From the NCBI GenBank assembly GCA_052055015.1, contig JBQJIT010000052.1: a DNA stretch of 40,445 bases; one strand, given 5' to 3'. The notes beneath the pieces were generated by a model that made no database searches, had not been told where the DNA came from, and worked only from the letters and a program-made list of their open reading frames with translations. The stretch's first letter is position 1. Each line of letters begins with the position of its first letter. A program made the translations under genes and the position numbers. The stretch is from Malassezia furfur. Lineage: Eukaryota. Shown here piece after piece: positions 10,025 to 22,600 of this stretch.

Positions 10025-11032
10025 ATGACCTCCACGGCCAATTTGAACCGACCTCGACCGGGTGCGGACTCTTGGTTGAAGTCTAAGAATCTTCCGCTCG
10101 GGCCCCGGATCATCCGTGCGTTGGGTATACTTGCGCCACATGCGGAGGATGTTCCTAAGTTCGGTCCCGAGACCAAAGTTCCCGTGTTTAGTGAGTGGAA
10201 CCAAGCGGTATACCTTGTCCCATGTGCACTTGCACCATTCACCGTGCGGTATCTCTACTATAACTTTGTCGATCAATCCATGCCGAATGCATGGACCATG
10301 TGGGTTATGCTCTTCTCCTACACACTATTGTTCGGCATGTCGTTTGTTCGGTTCCTGAACCGTCTAGCGCTCAAACACGGGTACCTGGATGGTGGCGTTG
10401 GTCGCGACACAGTTCCACTCTCTCAAACCACCAAGGTCGCTCTGGAGGCGATTGGCGGCTTGACTCTTCGGCCGGCCCTGGCCGTCCTGTGCGCCTATGA
10501 CCCGCAGGCAAAGCCTGAGCTCAGCCTGTGGCTTCCGTTCCAGCTTTTTATCTTCACTCTAGTGGAAGACTTTTACTACTACTGGCTCCACCGCGGCTGC
10601 CACGAAGCGGAAAGTGCCTGGCACTTTCACCGTCTACACCACACAACAAAGCATCCCACTACGATGCTTCTCGGATATGCGGACGAAATTCAGGAATGCT
10701 TTGACATTTTCCTTGTTCCGTTTGTTTCTTGGCTTACCTTCCCTCTTTCCTTTGATGCCATGACCGTGTGGATCATCATCCATATCTCTATTCAACTTCA
10801 CGGTCACAGTGGGCTTCGTCTTCATTATGGTACGATCCTGACGGGGCCATTTTTGCGCCCATTCGGTCTGGAAATTGTGGGTGAGGATCACGATCTGCAC
10901 CACCGCCATGGTTGGAAGGACTCCTACAACTATGGGAAGCAGTCCAACATGTGGGACACCTTGTTTGGCACCCGTGGTGAGCGCATCGAATGCATCCCCG
11001 ACCGCTTGGACCACACTAAGTTTATTTCTTAG
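10025..11032 (+). CDS. Fatty acid hydroxylase / sterol desaturase superfamily protein
   Basis: Histidine boxes YYWLHRGCH, HFHRLHH, GHSG and HDLHH; NYGKQ..WD.LFGT; several TM segments. ATG at 10025. Confidence 0.88.
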   Translation: MTSTANLNRPRPGADSWLKSKNLPLGPRIIRALGILAPHAEDVPKFGPETKVPVFSEWNQAVYLVPCALAPFTVRYLYYNFVDQSMPNAWTMWVMLFSYTLLFGMSFVRFLNRLALKHGYLDGGVGRDTVPLSQTTKVALEAIGGLTLRPALAVLCAYDPQAKPELSLWLPFQLFIFTLVEDFYYYWLHRGCHEAESAWHFHRLHHTTKHPTTMLLGYADEIQECFDIFLVPFVSWLTFPLSFDAMTVWIIIHISIQLHGHSGLRLHYGTILTGPFLRPFGLEIVGEDHDLHHRHGWKDSYNYGKQSNMWDTLFGTRGERIECIPDRLDHTKFIS

Positions 11033-11175
11033 AAATGTTACATACTCATTCTGTTTTGCCATAAATACCTAATTGAATGACGACCATTGATTGCGCCGCA
11101 TTTCCGTCGAAAACAGTGTTTGGATGATGCTTGATACAACTACATGGCAAAAACGAAACTATGCACAACTCTGCT

Positions 11176-12540
11176 TTAAAATACAATCATGTCACGACGG
11201 GCGATCTCAAAACGACGGCGCATTTGGCCCAGTAGTCGCTGACGTCGACTTCCGCTCGCGGCTTGATCGACAGGATACTCGCTGACCACATAATTCTGGC
11301 CATTCAAAATGGGATTCAGTTCCCGAGGCATCTGAATTTGGATCCCTTTCCCGAGCGAGACTTTGCGGCCTTCCTTGGAAGACTGGCGGCGTGGCGCGAC
11401 ACCGTTCATTGAAGTAACCGACATCCAGTCTTCCAAATCGTCCTCGTCGTCTTCGCTCACGGGCGGGAGATTGTGCCCTCGCTTGTCCCCCTGTAGAAGC
11501 AAGCGCCCAAGCGCACGGCGCACGAGCATACTGCGTCGGATATGAGGGATATCGAGCCCTTGTTGTTTGCAGTACTCGAGCTCCTCCATATAGGCTTTGC
11601 GCCATGCCTCCGGGGCACTGTACCATAGTTTGTACACAGCATTCGATACCAACCGGCGAGCGCGCGCATTCTTGGCAACTTGCTTGGGGTCTGTTTCGGC
11701 GCCCAGTGACTTCAGCGCGTCACGCTCCTCCAGTTCGTCGGCGCTGTCGAGCAGTCGGGTCGCCTCGTCGATAACGGCCTGACGCTCCAGCTCGCGCTTC
11801 TTAGCCTCTGCCTTCAGCTTGAGAGAGCGTCGGTAGAGCCCACGAATGCTTTTGTATGCCCACACAATGTGCATTGGGAGTGTGATTATCCCGAATACTA
11901 GCGGCCACCAGCTTGCCTTGCTTTGATCGACGTACCGACCGGTTGGGATCACGAACGAGTATAACAGGCAAAGGTGAATGACGATCCGCGTGGCCAGGAA
12001 AGAAAGTGTGAAAGCCCAATAGGAACGCAAACGAGGATTTAGCACACCGATTCCCATGATCCATGTTGGCAGTTCCATGATAGCGGAAAACGCAAAGGCA
12101 TGCGACCAGTGATTGACAATCCAGCTAATACATAGCATGGAATAAAGGGTATGATGTACCCATCCGCTGGAGAAGTTGACAAATTTCCGGTAGCAGATAA
12201 ACCCAGTGCTCAAGTCGGAGACGAGGTAGGCAATAAAGAAAAGGCACACGGGGTCGGCAATTGATTCGCGATGCGGAGACATTTTCTGCCAGTTCATGCC
12301 CGTGTAAAAGAAATCAAACACAAAGGGTATAGACATGAACGAAACGACAAATGCCGAGAACGTCGTAATGATCCAGGACCGTTTCCGCATCTGCTCCTCG
12401 CTTTTACCCGCATACAATGTGCGGCTCAGCAGCTGGTATACCGCCTGTATAAGCGTGAAGAACACGAGAAATTTGTGAAAATAGCGGCTTTGCAACGCAA
12501 TGTCTGCATACGACGCAACGGAGTGAGTCTCGAGCTTCAT
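11176..12540 (-). CDS. TLC (TRAM/LAG1/CLN8) domain membrane protein
   Basis: Multi-TM N-terminal half with [23 protein letters not shown] and FLATRI motifs; charged C-terminal tail. Confidence 0.8.
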   Translation of the reverse strand: MKLETHSVASYADIALQSRYFHKFLVFFTLIQAVYQLLSRTLYAGKSEEQMRKRSWIITTFSAFVVSFMSIPFVFDFFYTGMNWQKMSPHRESIADPVCLFFIAYLVSDLSTGFICYRKFVNFSSGWVHHTLYSMLCISWIVNHWSHAFAFSAIMELPTWIMGIGVLNPRLRSYWAFTLSFLATRIVIHLCLLYSFVIPTGRYVDQSKASWWPLVFGIITLPMHIVWAYKSIRGLYRRSLKLKAEAKKRELERQAVIDEATRLLDSADELEERDALKSLGAETDPKQVAKNARARRLVSNAVYKLWYSAPEAWRKAYMEELEYCKQQGLDIPHIRRSMLVRRALGRLLLQGDKRGHNLPPVSEDDEDDLEDWMSVTSMNGVAPRRQSSKEGRKVSLGKGIQIQMPRELNPILNGQNYVVSEYPVDQAASGSRRQRLLGQMRRRFEIARRDMIVF

Positions 12541-12671
12541 CGTGCTCCGCTGGTCGCAGGGGCTGGGAGATTGGGTGCACACGAAGGTGTCGCACGTCGA
12601 TTGGACTCCACGTAAATTATGGATCGCACGTGCGTTCAACACTGCAGTGTGGAGGGCGCAGCAAGAACACT

Positions 12672-13882
12672 ATGGCAGGTCTTGGGGCGGATGAGTTTGC
12701 GCGGTATAGCCGGCAACTGCTCTTACCTGGTTTTGGGCTCCAGGCACAGACCGCACTTAAAGAAGCGCGCGTGCTAGTGGTGGGTGCTGGTGGGCTTGGT
12801 TGCCCTGCTGTACAGTATTTGGCGGCCGGTGGTGTGGGCCACATTACCGTGGTCGACGCAGATGTCGTCGAGACGAGCAATCTTGCGCGTCAGATCCTGC
12901 ACACTGACGACCGTATTGGTATGAACAAAGCCGAATCTATTGTACAAGCAGTCAAATTGTATGTCCCTACAACTCATACAGGCTGAATCCACATGTCGGT
13001 GTCGAAGCATACCCCTCGCTATTTACAGCGCACAATGCGGTCCAGCTGATCCAAGGCCACCATCTGGTGCTTGACTGTACAGACAATGTCATGACACGAT
13101 ATCTCATCTCGGATGCCGCAGTTCTTTCGGGAAAGCAGGTTGTAAGTGGGGCTGCTCAGGGCTACGATGGGCAACTTGTGGTGCTTCACAAAGAGTACGG
13201 GTCAACGCGGGGTCCATGTTACCGCTGTCTCTTTCCTGAGGCTCCTAGACCCGAGCACACACAGTCGTGCGATGATGGTGGTGTGCTGGGCACAGTAACA
13301 GGACTCATCGGTACACTCCAAGCGATCGAGACGATCAAATTGCTGACGCACGTCGGAGAGGTAACGTCTCCGACAATGCTGTTTGCCAGCCCCTTTTCTG
13401 AGACACCCTTTCGCAACGTTCGGATTCGTCCAAGGCAAGTAAGGCGGTGTCGGGCCTGTGGTGACCAGGCATGGGTGTCCGATCGTATCAAGGACCTGAC
13501 TGCGGAGGATTATACATCCTTCTGTCGACTGACGGAGCCACCGCAGTTTGATGTGCGTAGCGAGGACGTGGACGTCCTCCAAAGGCGGACCCTTGCCGAG
13601 GGCGATGCACTGGTCGTCGATGTACGACCTCCGCACGAGTTTGCTATCACAGCCCTAGATGACTCACGGAACCTCCCAATCGAGATGGTCCGTGCCGACC
13701 CGGGTGCAGCAGCGGCATCGCTGCCGCCCAAACAGCCCGTGTTGGTCGTTTGTCGTGCCGGGAATGACTCACGCGAAGCGGTGCATTTGCTGCAACTTGC
13801 AGATCCTTCGCGCGCGTATGCCAATGTGGGCGGAGGACTTCGGGCGCATGCCCGTCGTGATCCCACATTCAAAATGTACTAA
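12672..13882 (+). CDS. UBA4: Uba4/MOCS3 adenylyltransferase-sulfurtransferase (Urm1 activating enzyme)
   Basis: 23-nt intron 12959-12981. [44 protein letters not shown]; rhodanese domain CRAGNDS. Confidence 0.93.
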
Positions 13883-16800
13883 GATGCCGGCGGCTGTACT
13901 AAGTCCTTGTGCAAGACATCGATTACCAATGGATCGATGCTGGCGAGTGCATGGTGCAGGATTGCGCCGCTCTCGGTATTTTGAGGGTGCGCGGCCAGCG
14001 CCATGTTGAGAGACGTAGAAATGTACGGCCGCAGGGGTTCGGTGACCACAGGGTCCTTTTCCATCAGTTGTTCGGAGCGTTTGGCTGTCGGGCTGGTATC
14101 TTCCAATGCGCCAAAGACAGAGCCCAACAGCCCGAGTTCGAGCTCGTCATCGAGGTCTTCGGAGGCGCCCAGTTGGTCCGGGGATTGCTCGCGCTCGTAC
14201 AGGAGTGAATTGCCACGGGGGTCCTCGACGACTTGGCCAAGAACGTCGGTCCAGACGCCAACCATCTCTGGAACAAGACGCAAAACATCGACATCCTCGG
14301 CACTGGTCGCGCCACGCAGCAAGCTTGCGATACCCAACGCAGTGATCTTCATTTTACGCATCGACGCCATGTTCTCCACGCGCCGAAACATGGCCGGGAG
14401 CAACAGGGTCCACAGGGCTCCTGGATGCGAGCCCTGCAGCGCGCTCTGCACCGAGAGCTTGTCTTCCAGCGCCTGTGCGATGACTGGCGCACTGGCACGC
14501 ACCAGTTCGTGAAAGTAGGGGGCAGGGAGGCTGTAGGCAAGGCGGCTCAGCAAGCACACAAACTTAGTGGCAATCACAGCTGACTCCTCGTCGCGGAGCA
14601 ATGTGGCCACAAGCATGGCAAACAGGTTCGTAGAGTGCAGGGCCTCGACAAAGAATCGAAGCGTTTCAGCTCGTCCCTCGGCGGCGAGTGTGCGCAGGTG
14701 ACTTTCGATTGCGCCGAGCGGAGCGACCACCACCGGGCTGTCACGGTCGGCGAACAACGACCCGAGCGCCGCATACATCTCGGCACCAAAACGCTCGAGG
14801 AGGTCCACGGGGGCAAGCAGGCACAGCTCCTCCCAAATGCGACACACAAGCGGTGCATAGTCTGGCTGCAGCACGAGCGGTACCACGGCTTCCGTGAGCG
14901 AGAAGAGTACGCTCGACAGGTGCTGCGTGGCCTGCAGCGCGTGTGCAAATAGCAGCAGTGCATCGTAGCCAAGCAACGGTGCCAAGGCCGGCGTCAAGCT
15001 GTCGTGCACGACGTGGGCCACGGTGGCATGCAGCTCGAGCAACACGGGGCTGTGTGGATCGTGCAGCGATGGTCCCACGGCAATGGCAAGCTTGCCGAGG
15101 AACTCGAGGATGCTTGGCTTCGCACGCGCCTCGGGGTCCTCGTGTGCCCAGAGTGTCGGAATGAGCTGGACGAGGCGCGGCGCGTACGGTGCGGTGCGGG
15201 CACCCATCCGCTCGATCAGGACTGAGAGTGTAGAGGCGACGGTACGGATGCTGCCGACCTCGGTGAGCTCGCCGTCGGCAATCAGGTACACGAGCCCGGC
15301 GAGTGCATCACCCAAAAACGGCTCAAACGTCTCTGCGTCAAACTCGACCGTGTCCGCAAGCGCCATGAGGGAGCGCGCCGCGGCGAGCTGGACTGCGGCG
15401 TCGGTGCGACCCGGTTGGTAGCCCAGCAACTGCACGAGCACACCGTACACGTCCGGCCGCATCTCGGTAAGCACCTGATCGCTCCACTCCCACAGCAGCC
15501 AGGCAATACGCCGGCGGATCACGACCCAGGACGCATCAACGGTAGGCGGGAGCATCATGGCTTCGGGCACGAGCCGCGTGCGGATCGCGTCGGCCATGCG
15601 GTGGATATTTTCGGGCCCCAGCGTCGCGCCGCCAATCTCGTCGTCGTCCTCGGTGAGGTTCGGGTCGAGCTGGTCGCGACACAGGCCAAGCGCCGTGTAG
15701 ATGGCGTCGCGCGCCAACACGGCATCCAGTGCAGTGCAGTCCAAGGAGCGTGCAGCATGGAAGCGCTCAAACACGGTCTCTGCGACATTGGGCACCATGT
15801 CGGGTGTCACGCCTGCACGTACGCTGCGAACGCACCACTCCGACAGCGCCTTGAGTAGGCTCTCGGCGGCGGGCCGGATGTCGAGGTCTGCATCGGCCTG
15901 GGCCTCCTCGATCGCAAACTCCTCCGGGCTTTCCTGCCAGCGCATCAGGTCGTCCGAAGTGAGACGCAGGTAGGAGCCGAGCAAGACATCGACCGCCTCG
16001 ATTTCAAAGTGGGCGCCCGACACGCCTACAAACGGTGAGTCGGCTGGCCGGTTGCGGCGCCAGCACATGAGCGTCGTGCGTACAATCACGAGTGAGAGCA
16101 CGAGCCAGCGGTACGGGTAGGGCACGACGTAGGCTTCGTCAGACGCCGCCTCGGGCTTGTGTAGCGCGGCGGCTGCTCCGTTCTGTGCCGCGGTGCGCAG
16201 CACCGTCCAGTACCACCATGCGACCTCAGACCACCCCGGCCATTGTGCGACCTTGTTGTGCATCTTGTTGACGAGCGCCAAGTGGAATTTCGCATAGACA
16301 GTCATGTATTTGGTCAGCGGCACGACGAGTGTCGCAAGCTGGGCATCGGCGCGCGCGGCTTCTACAACATACAGTCGCAGCTGTGTGAGCGTCTCGAGTT
16401 GGCGCGGCGTGCAGACGAAGAAGGTATACGCCAGGTTGTCGCCCTTGCCCTGGCGCTGCTGCACCTGCACGGAAATGATGCCTGTGTCGGCGAGCGCGAG
16501 ACGGTGGAGCACTTTGAAGAGCAGGTGGCACGCGCGAATCCGCTCGTGAACGCCCGGTGTATGCGACCAGGCAGCAACCGACGCAGTGGTCGCCTCGCGC
16601 AGGTCAAACGTGTCGGCAAACAACTGCTCGAATGCCGGCTGGAGCACGGGGAGCAATGTGCGAGCGAGTTCGGTCATACGCAGCTTTCCTGCAAGCACGC
16701 GCACTGTCTCAAACTCCTTTAGGCACTGACGTAGCACATCGCTCGCGCGCAGCAGCAGAAGCGTGTCCTGTGCAGTCGTGTCCATGGACTCGCCTGCCGA

Positions 16801-17286
16801 CGCGGCGCGGTGGATGGACGCGCATGCCGTCTCGATGGCTTCGCGCATCATCGGAATCAATTTTGGCCAGTCATTTGGGTAGTCGATGCGCGCGATGCGT
16901 GCGATTCCGACGGCTGCCTGCAGCGCAATAGTGCGGTCTGCTTCGTGGAGCACCTGGAGAAGCTGCGTGCGAATCTGTTCCTTGGTCGCGTCGGAAATTT
17001 TCACGGTGCCGCCACGCATCACGCGGGGTCGCCAGAATTTGATCACACCGTTCTTAAAGCGGATGATTGCGAGACGACGCAGGTTGGTATACGCGTCGGC
17101 GTCAGGCCGTGACGCATGGCTGGTGTCAAACGCGACCTGAACGAGTGTGAGCCAATACGCCTCGTCCGCCTCCCAAGCATCGAGCTGCTGGTTGGCCTGC
17201 TGCAGAATGGCCGCATCTGACGTCGACGTTGCCGCTGCGAGCGTGTCGAACAGCGCGCTGGGTGCGAACGCAGGCTCGGCGCGCAT
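13879..17286 (-). CDS. KAP120: Importin-beta family karyopherin, importin-11/Kap120-like
   Basis: 1135-aa helical ORF; IBN_N-like LAIIRFKNGVIKFWR, IARIDYPNDWP, WQESPEEF, RRRIAWLL. Confidence 0.8.
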   Translation of the reverse strand: MRAEPAFAPSALFDTLAAATSTSDAAILQQANQQLDAWEADEAYWLTLVQVAFDTSHASRPDADAYTNLRRLAIIRFKNGVIKFWRPRVMRGGTVKISDATKEQIRTQLLQVLHEADRTIALQAAVGIARIARIDYPNDWPKLIPMMREAIETACASIHRAASAGESMDTTAQDTLLLLRASDVLRQCLKEFETVRVLAGKLRMTELARTLLPVLQPAFEQLFADTFDLREATTASVAAWSHTPGVHERIRACHLLFKVLHRLALADTGIISVQVQQRQGKGDNLAYTFFVCTPRQLETLTQLRLYVVEAARADAQLATLVVPLTKYMTVYAKFHLALVNKMHNKVAQWPGWSEVAWWYWTVLRTAAQNGAAAALHKPEAASDEAYVVPYPYRWLVLSLVIVRTTLMCWRRNRPADSPFVGVSGAHFEIEAVDVLLGSYLRLTSDDLMRWQESPEEFAIEEAQADADLDIRPAAESLLKALSEWCVRSVRAGVTPDMVPNVAETVFERFHAARSLDCTALDAVLARDAIYTALGLCRDQLDPNLTEDDDEIGGATLGPENIHRMADAIRTRLVPEAMMLPPTVDASWVVIRRRIAWLLWEWSDQVLTEMRPDVYGVLVQLLGYQPGRTDAAVQLAAARSLMALADTVEFDAETFEPFLGDALAGLVYLIADGELTEVGSIRTVASTLSVLIERMGARTAPYAPRLVQLIPTLWAHEDPEARAKPSILEFLGKLAIAVGPSLHDPHSPVLLELHATVAHVVHDSLTPALAPLLGYDALLLFAHALQATQHLSSVLFSLTEAVVPLVLQPDYAPLVCRIWEELCLLAPVDLLERFGAEMYAALGSLFADRDSPVVVAPLGAIESHLRTLAAEGRAETLRFFVEALHSTNLFAMLVATLLRDEESAVIATKFVCLLSRLAYSLPAPYFHELVRASAPVIAQALEDKLSVQSALQGSHPGALWTLLLPAMFRRVENMASMRKMKITALGIASLLRGATSAEDVDVLRLVPEMVGVWTDVLGQVVEDPRGNSLLYEREQSPDQLGASEDLDDELELGLLGSVFGALEDTSPTAKRSEQLMEKDPVVTEPLRPYISTSLNMALAAHPQNTESGAILHHALASIDPLVIDVLHKDLVQPPAS

Positions 17287-17382
17287 GGCCGCGGACGGAG
17301 CTGGTGTTCAGCGCCCGATCTGCCCGATACACAGAGGTAGGGCACGGCGGAGGACGCCGCGCCGCGTGGCTGCGGACGCTAT

Positions 17383-19082
17383 TTACGGCTTGAAGCTAGT
17401 GAGGTCCTTGTTGCGCAGCCAGCGGTTGAGCATGTTGAGCGAAACCGCGGGCTGGTCATGCGGCACCATGTGACCCGCATTGTCAATCCACGCAAACGTC
17501 AGGTTGCCCGCATGGTCGCCGGCCTTGACGACCCACCCGGCGCGCTTGGGCTTAAGGCCCTTGCTAAAGGTGTAGAGCGGGACGTTGGTGGCGTTCTGGA
17601 TCTCCTCGTGGAATGGGTTTTCGAACTCGAGCACCCATTTGTGGTTGCCGATCGCGTTGCACATAAAGTCGGCTTCGCCCGCGTAGATCAGCACACGGAT
17701 GCCGTCCTCGAGGAGCGGCGGAAGCAGCGCGGCGCTGTTCACCATCGAGTCGCCCTGCATCATAAATTGCTGATTGAGCTGCATGTTGCAGCTTTGGAAT
17801 TCGACCGAGGATGGCACACCGAACTGTTTCTTGATGTCGGGCTTGTTCATCAGTGTCTCGATCCAGTTCATCTGCGGGTAGCACAGCGCGCCGTCCTTGT
17901 CATGGTCGCACTGCTGACGCACATCGTACAGGTTCACACCGAGGTCCTGGGCGGGGCCGTACAGCGAACCCCAGCAGTACAGCGCAGCAGGCACACACAC
18001 AAGGCGCGTATTGAAGCGGTAGCACTGCTCGATTAGCGTGTTGCACATCTCGGCGCGCTTGTACAGCGACTGACACGTTTCGCTGTCCGGCTCAAACAGG
18101 TGGAACTTGTTCTCCGGCGAGCACGCGTAGTCAGCCACGCTCGAAAACTGCACTTGAGGGTCTGTCAGGCCGTTGCCGATCATCAACGATTCGAGGTTTA
18201 CGTGGACAATTGGCGCAAACTCGGACAGCGACGCTTGCTGGCTGAGCTGCTTGTTCTTCTTGTGAATCTCGGCGCCGATGTGCGGCGCGTAGTGACCGCC
18301 GTACGATTCGGCCGCAACCGTGAGCGGCAGGTGCGCGTACTTGGGAAAGCGCGTTAGGAAGAGCTGCAGGAACGCGTACACATCCTCGGCGGACTTGACC
18401 GAGTTGTCGATTGTCTCTCCCGTGTCCGAGTACGAGTAGCCCACATCGAGCGGCTGGTCAAGGAACAGCAGGTTGGCCTTGCTGTTCCACGCATGCTCGT
18501 TGTACTCGACGCGCTCGCCCTCGTCCGCAATATTGCATGGGCCCAGCTCGAAGAGCATGCCCGTCGACGACGAGCAGCCAGGGCCGCCGTTGAGCCACAG
18601 CACGAGGGGGTCCGTCTTGGGCGACGAGCGGCTCTCGTACAGGATAAACCAAAGGTGTGCACCCTCGCGGATGTCCACATAGCCCGAGATCTGCGTCACG
18701 TCGGGGTCACAGAACGACTTGCGATTCTCGGTCGAGACACGCAGTTGATACCCGGGGAACGCGGGGTGGGCGAGTTTTTGGACTAGGTCAGTGGCGTACG
18801 ATACGTACACAAAACACCGTCCACCAGCTCAGTACCCTTGATCATCCACTCCGGCGCACTTTCAGGCACAAGGTCCGACACGGCGGGCGTATCGAGCGCT
18901 TCGTCCAGGAACGGCACCGGCCACGCCTTATCAGCGACGCCCGTCGCCTTCTGCCACACCAGCGCAATCGAGTTGCGCATACCGCCCACGAGCGAGTCGG
19001 TCAGGGAAGCACGGGCATGAGCCGTCCCCACGACACACACGAGCGCGACTAGCGCAAGAAACCAGGGACGCAAGGCGAGCAT
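17383..19082 (-). CDS. PRC1: Serine carboxypeptidase S10 (carboxypeptidase Y-like) prepro-protein
   Basis: Signal peptide MLALRPWFLALVALVCVV; 26-nt intron 18783-18808. LWLNGGPGCSS, DQP..VGYSY, AESYGGHY, GEADFMCN, AGHMVP.DQP. Confidence 0.9.
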
Positions 19083-19615
19083 TGCGATCCAGGTGGCGAA
19101 GCACAAGCCCGTCGCAACGTGGGGGCCTACTTTCACCGCACGTGACGGGGCAGTGGGCGGCTCGAGCGCCGCCCAGCTGCAGACCCGGAGGCAGTGGTGG
19201 GTCCGGCGCGATGGTCCATTCGTTGCAAAGCAAGCACAACAGCTGGTTGTGTCTGGTACGTAGAGTTACAAGGCGCGAAAAGATTGACCGAATGAAACGA
19301 CGATGTACAGCGTAGGACGCGAGCGAGGGACTACACACGACACGGTGCACACGACACTGGCCCTAGCATCCCCCGGCCCCCCACTCCGGTGGCGACCCTA
19401 TATGCTCCATAAGATCTCGTGCGTCTTCCACTCGCCCTGGCTGCCCGGGCGCGATATGGACGAGCATCCCGGCTGGCTGCGCGTCTCGGCATGCTCCTCT
19501 GCGGCATGCCTACCATCACGTGACACGCTCGTGGCGATGTCGACGCGGCCGGCGCGCCATCGTGCAGGGTCCGCGACGCGGCGCTAGCATGCGCTTGGAA
19601 TAGGACGACGGGAGG

Positions 19616-22600
19616 ATGGATGAATACAATGCGGGACTAGGGTTTGACCCGTCTGCAAACACAGGCAATGCTCGTGAGCTGCCTGCTGGGTTTGACCAGA
19701 CATGGGCATCGTCGTCGTCGACATCGAATAACCAATTCGATACACTGGAAGCGACACAGGCACTTCTCGAGGCGGCGGCGAGCGGAAAAGACTGGCAACC
19801 ATCGCTGGAGTACTTGCCGCAGAACTATGCGCCGATTGACCTCACTACCGAGGACGATGAGGATCTCGATGAGCCGATTCACGTCGAGACGCGCATGGCG
19901 CCTGCCGCCACTGCGCCACTGCGCCGGAATGCGTACGTGCCGCCCGCGCGGAGCGCAGCGATGCCTCCCAAATGGGCATGCATCGGGATCATCTTCCCCT
20001 CCGTGTTATGCATGTACGGCCTCCCGCCTGAGCTGCAGTTGCAGGGCGTTCCGGGCGAGTTTCCCGAGGTGGACCCCGAGTGGGAGAGCCTAACGTTTTG
20101 GGGTGAGCCCGGGTACCGTCCAGTTGCGATTCACGAAGGTGCAAAGCCGGAGGGCGCTGCTGGTGGGCAGGGCCTGCTGGCGGGCAACCAGCGGCTCGGA
20201 CTGCAAGTCTCGACGCTGCTGCCCGGCTCGGACGACTTATTGCCGACCGACCCCATGGGTAAACCCGAGATCTTGAACGAGTTCGGCACGCTGTCGGACA
20301 AGTACAGCAAGGTGCTTGAATACTTCATGGGTCAGGGTCAGGTGATGACCATTTCGCGGTGCAAACTCGTGAGCCCGATGAAGGCCCAGGCGTTCACACA
20401 GGCAATCGAGACGCTACTTTTTGTGCCCGAGACAAGCGTCGCGATCGTTGTCGGGGCGCTTACGCGCGCGGGCATCTTCCTCGAGACGCCCGACGCGTAC
20501 AACCCGAGCGACTTTCCCGACATGCCCAAGCTGCTCAATGTCGAAGACATTCAGCCGCGGACACGCCCTCGGTCTCGATTCGCGCCGTTTACCTACGCTC
20601 ACAATACGCCGTACGGCGGCTCGCTCGATACCTACAGCTCGGTCGGCTCGCTGGGTGCGCCGCCGATGACCAAGGAGATGCTTGAGGAGGAGCAAAAGGC
20701 CCAGATTAACTCGTTGTACGACAGCCTGAAAGGCAGCGAGAGCCTGGCTCAGACCGAGCCGGGGCCACTGATTGCTGCCAAGCTGTTCCCTCACCAAAAA
20801 CAGGCGCTGACATTCCTGCTAGAGCGCGAGCGCGAGCGGCGGTTTGAAGAACTACTGGAGCGTGACGCATCGTCCAACACACCAGATCACATCTCGCTGT
20901 GGAGTGTCGTGCAGCAGGGCGGGCGGATTCAGCGCTACCAGAACATTGTGACGCAGACGATGATCGACCGACGCCCCGGCATCTGTCGCGGGGCAATCCT
21001 GGCTGATGACATGGGACTGGGCAAGACGATCACCGTGATTTCTGTCATTGCCAAGACCATGCCCGATGCCGCGGCATTTGGCGCGAGTGAGCTGGAGCCC
21101 GATGCGTGGATTGACGACGAGCCGCAGCTCGTGGGCGACTCGCGCAACCGGCGGAGCGCCGAGCAGGCGCGGCGCGAGGAGCTGCGCTGCCGCAGCCGCG
21201 CGACGCTGCTCGTATGCCCGCTGTCGATTGTCTCCAACTGGGAATCACAGATTCGCGAGCATTGGGACCCCGAGCAACAGCCATCGATCTATGTATACCA
21301 CGGGAGCGGCCGCCTGAGCGACCCTCATGCACTGGCCGACCACGACGTGGTGATCACGACCTACTCCACGCTTGGCTCCGAGTTCTCCAACCAGACAACG
21401 TGGGCAGCTGCGGCTGGGCGCAATGACAAGGACGACGAGCTGGTCGAGGTCGATGCAGACGGCGCGCCGCTCACCAAGAAGCGGCGCAAGACGGCCGAAG
21501 CGCCCAACACGTGCCAGCGGATCGAGTGGTTCCGCATCGTGTTGGACGAGGCGCACATCGTGAAGGAGTCGCGTACGTGGCAGTCCAAGGCGGTGTGCAA
21601 TCTGTCTGCACCACGGCGCATCTGCCTGACGGGTACGCCGATCCAAAACAAGCTGGACGATCTGTACGCGCTGATCCTCTTTTTGCGGCTCGACCCCTTT
21701 TCTGACCGCGCGGTGTGGAACCGCTTCTGTCGTGACAAAAAACACCTCTATTTGAACCAGTCGAAGAGCAAGGATGACGAGCTGCTTGACCCCACCTCGC
21801 TCGTGCGTGTGCAGACCATCATGAAGTTTTTGACACTGCGCCGCATGAAGTCGGACCGGCGCCCCGACGGGCAGCTGATTCTGTCGCTGCCGCCGCGCGC
21901 ATCGCGCATCGTCAAGATCGCGTTCAGCGAGGCGGAGCGCACCAAGTACCAGCGCCTTCACTCGCGCTTCCGCGAGGAGTTCGAGGAGCACGTCGCGGGC
22001 GGCACGGTCGGCACCAACTACGCCACCATCCTGCACGAGATTCTCATTCTCCGCATGATGTGCGACTCGGCCGAACTGGTCGAGGACTCCAAGGACTCGG
22101 GGCGCACGCGCTTTGAGATGGAGGACCTATCGCGTGCCATCCGCGAAGACGGCCTGACGCGCCGCCGCGCCGTCGAGTTCTTCACGCTGCTGAGCGACAG
22201 CATGCTTGCGCTGTGCAACTCGTGTGGAGCCGAACTACCGCCGCTCGGCGCCCCGGCCGACGACGCACTCGACGGCGCGCCGCGCAAGAACGATGCGCGA
22301 CAGCCGGTCGTGACTCGCTGTCAGCATACCTTCTGCGCGCCGTGCTTCCACGCGCAAGTTGGCTCAGGATGGCCCAAGCCCGCGAAGGAGGCGCACCACG
22401 TGTGCCCGTGCTGCGGCACGGATCTCCATCTGATCCTCGACGCCATTGCGCTCGGCCCCGCGGATGCGGAGCTGGCCGAGAACGGGGGAACGCCGCCGCC
22501 CAAGAACGGCTCGCGGCTGCTGGCAGTGTTGGACGAAAAGACCAAGGCCCCGCGCAGCCCCGGCACAATGTTCCTGCCCGACGACCCCGCGTCGTGGCCC

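Noticed and set aside
18290..18320. AESYGG rather than GESYAG at the carboxypeptidase nucleophile
   Set aside because: Catalytic Ser, Asp and His motifs are intact; a minor variant, not evidence of inactivity.
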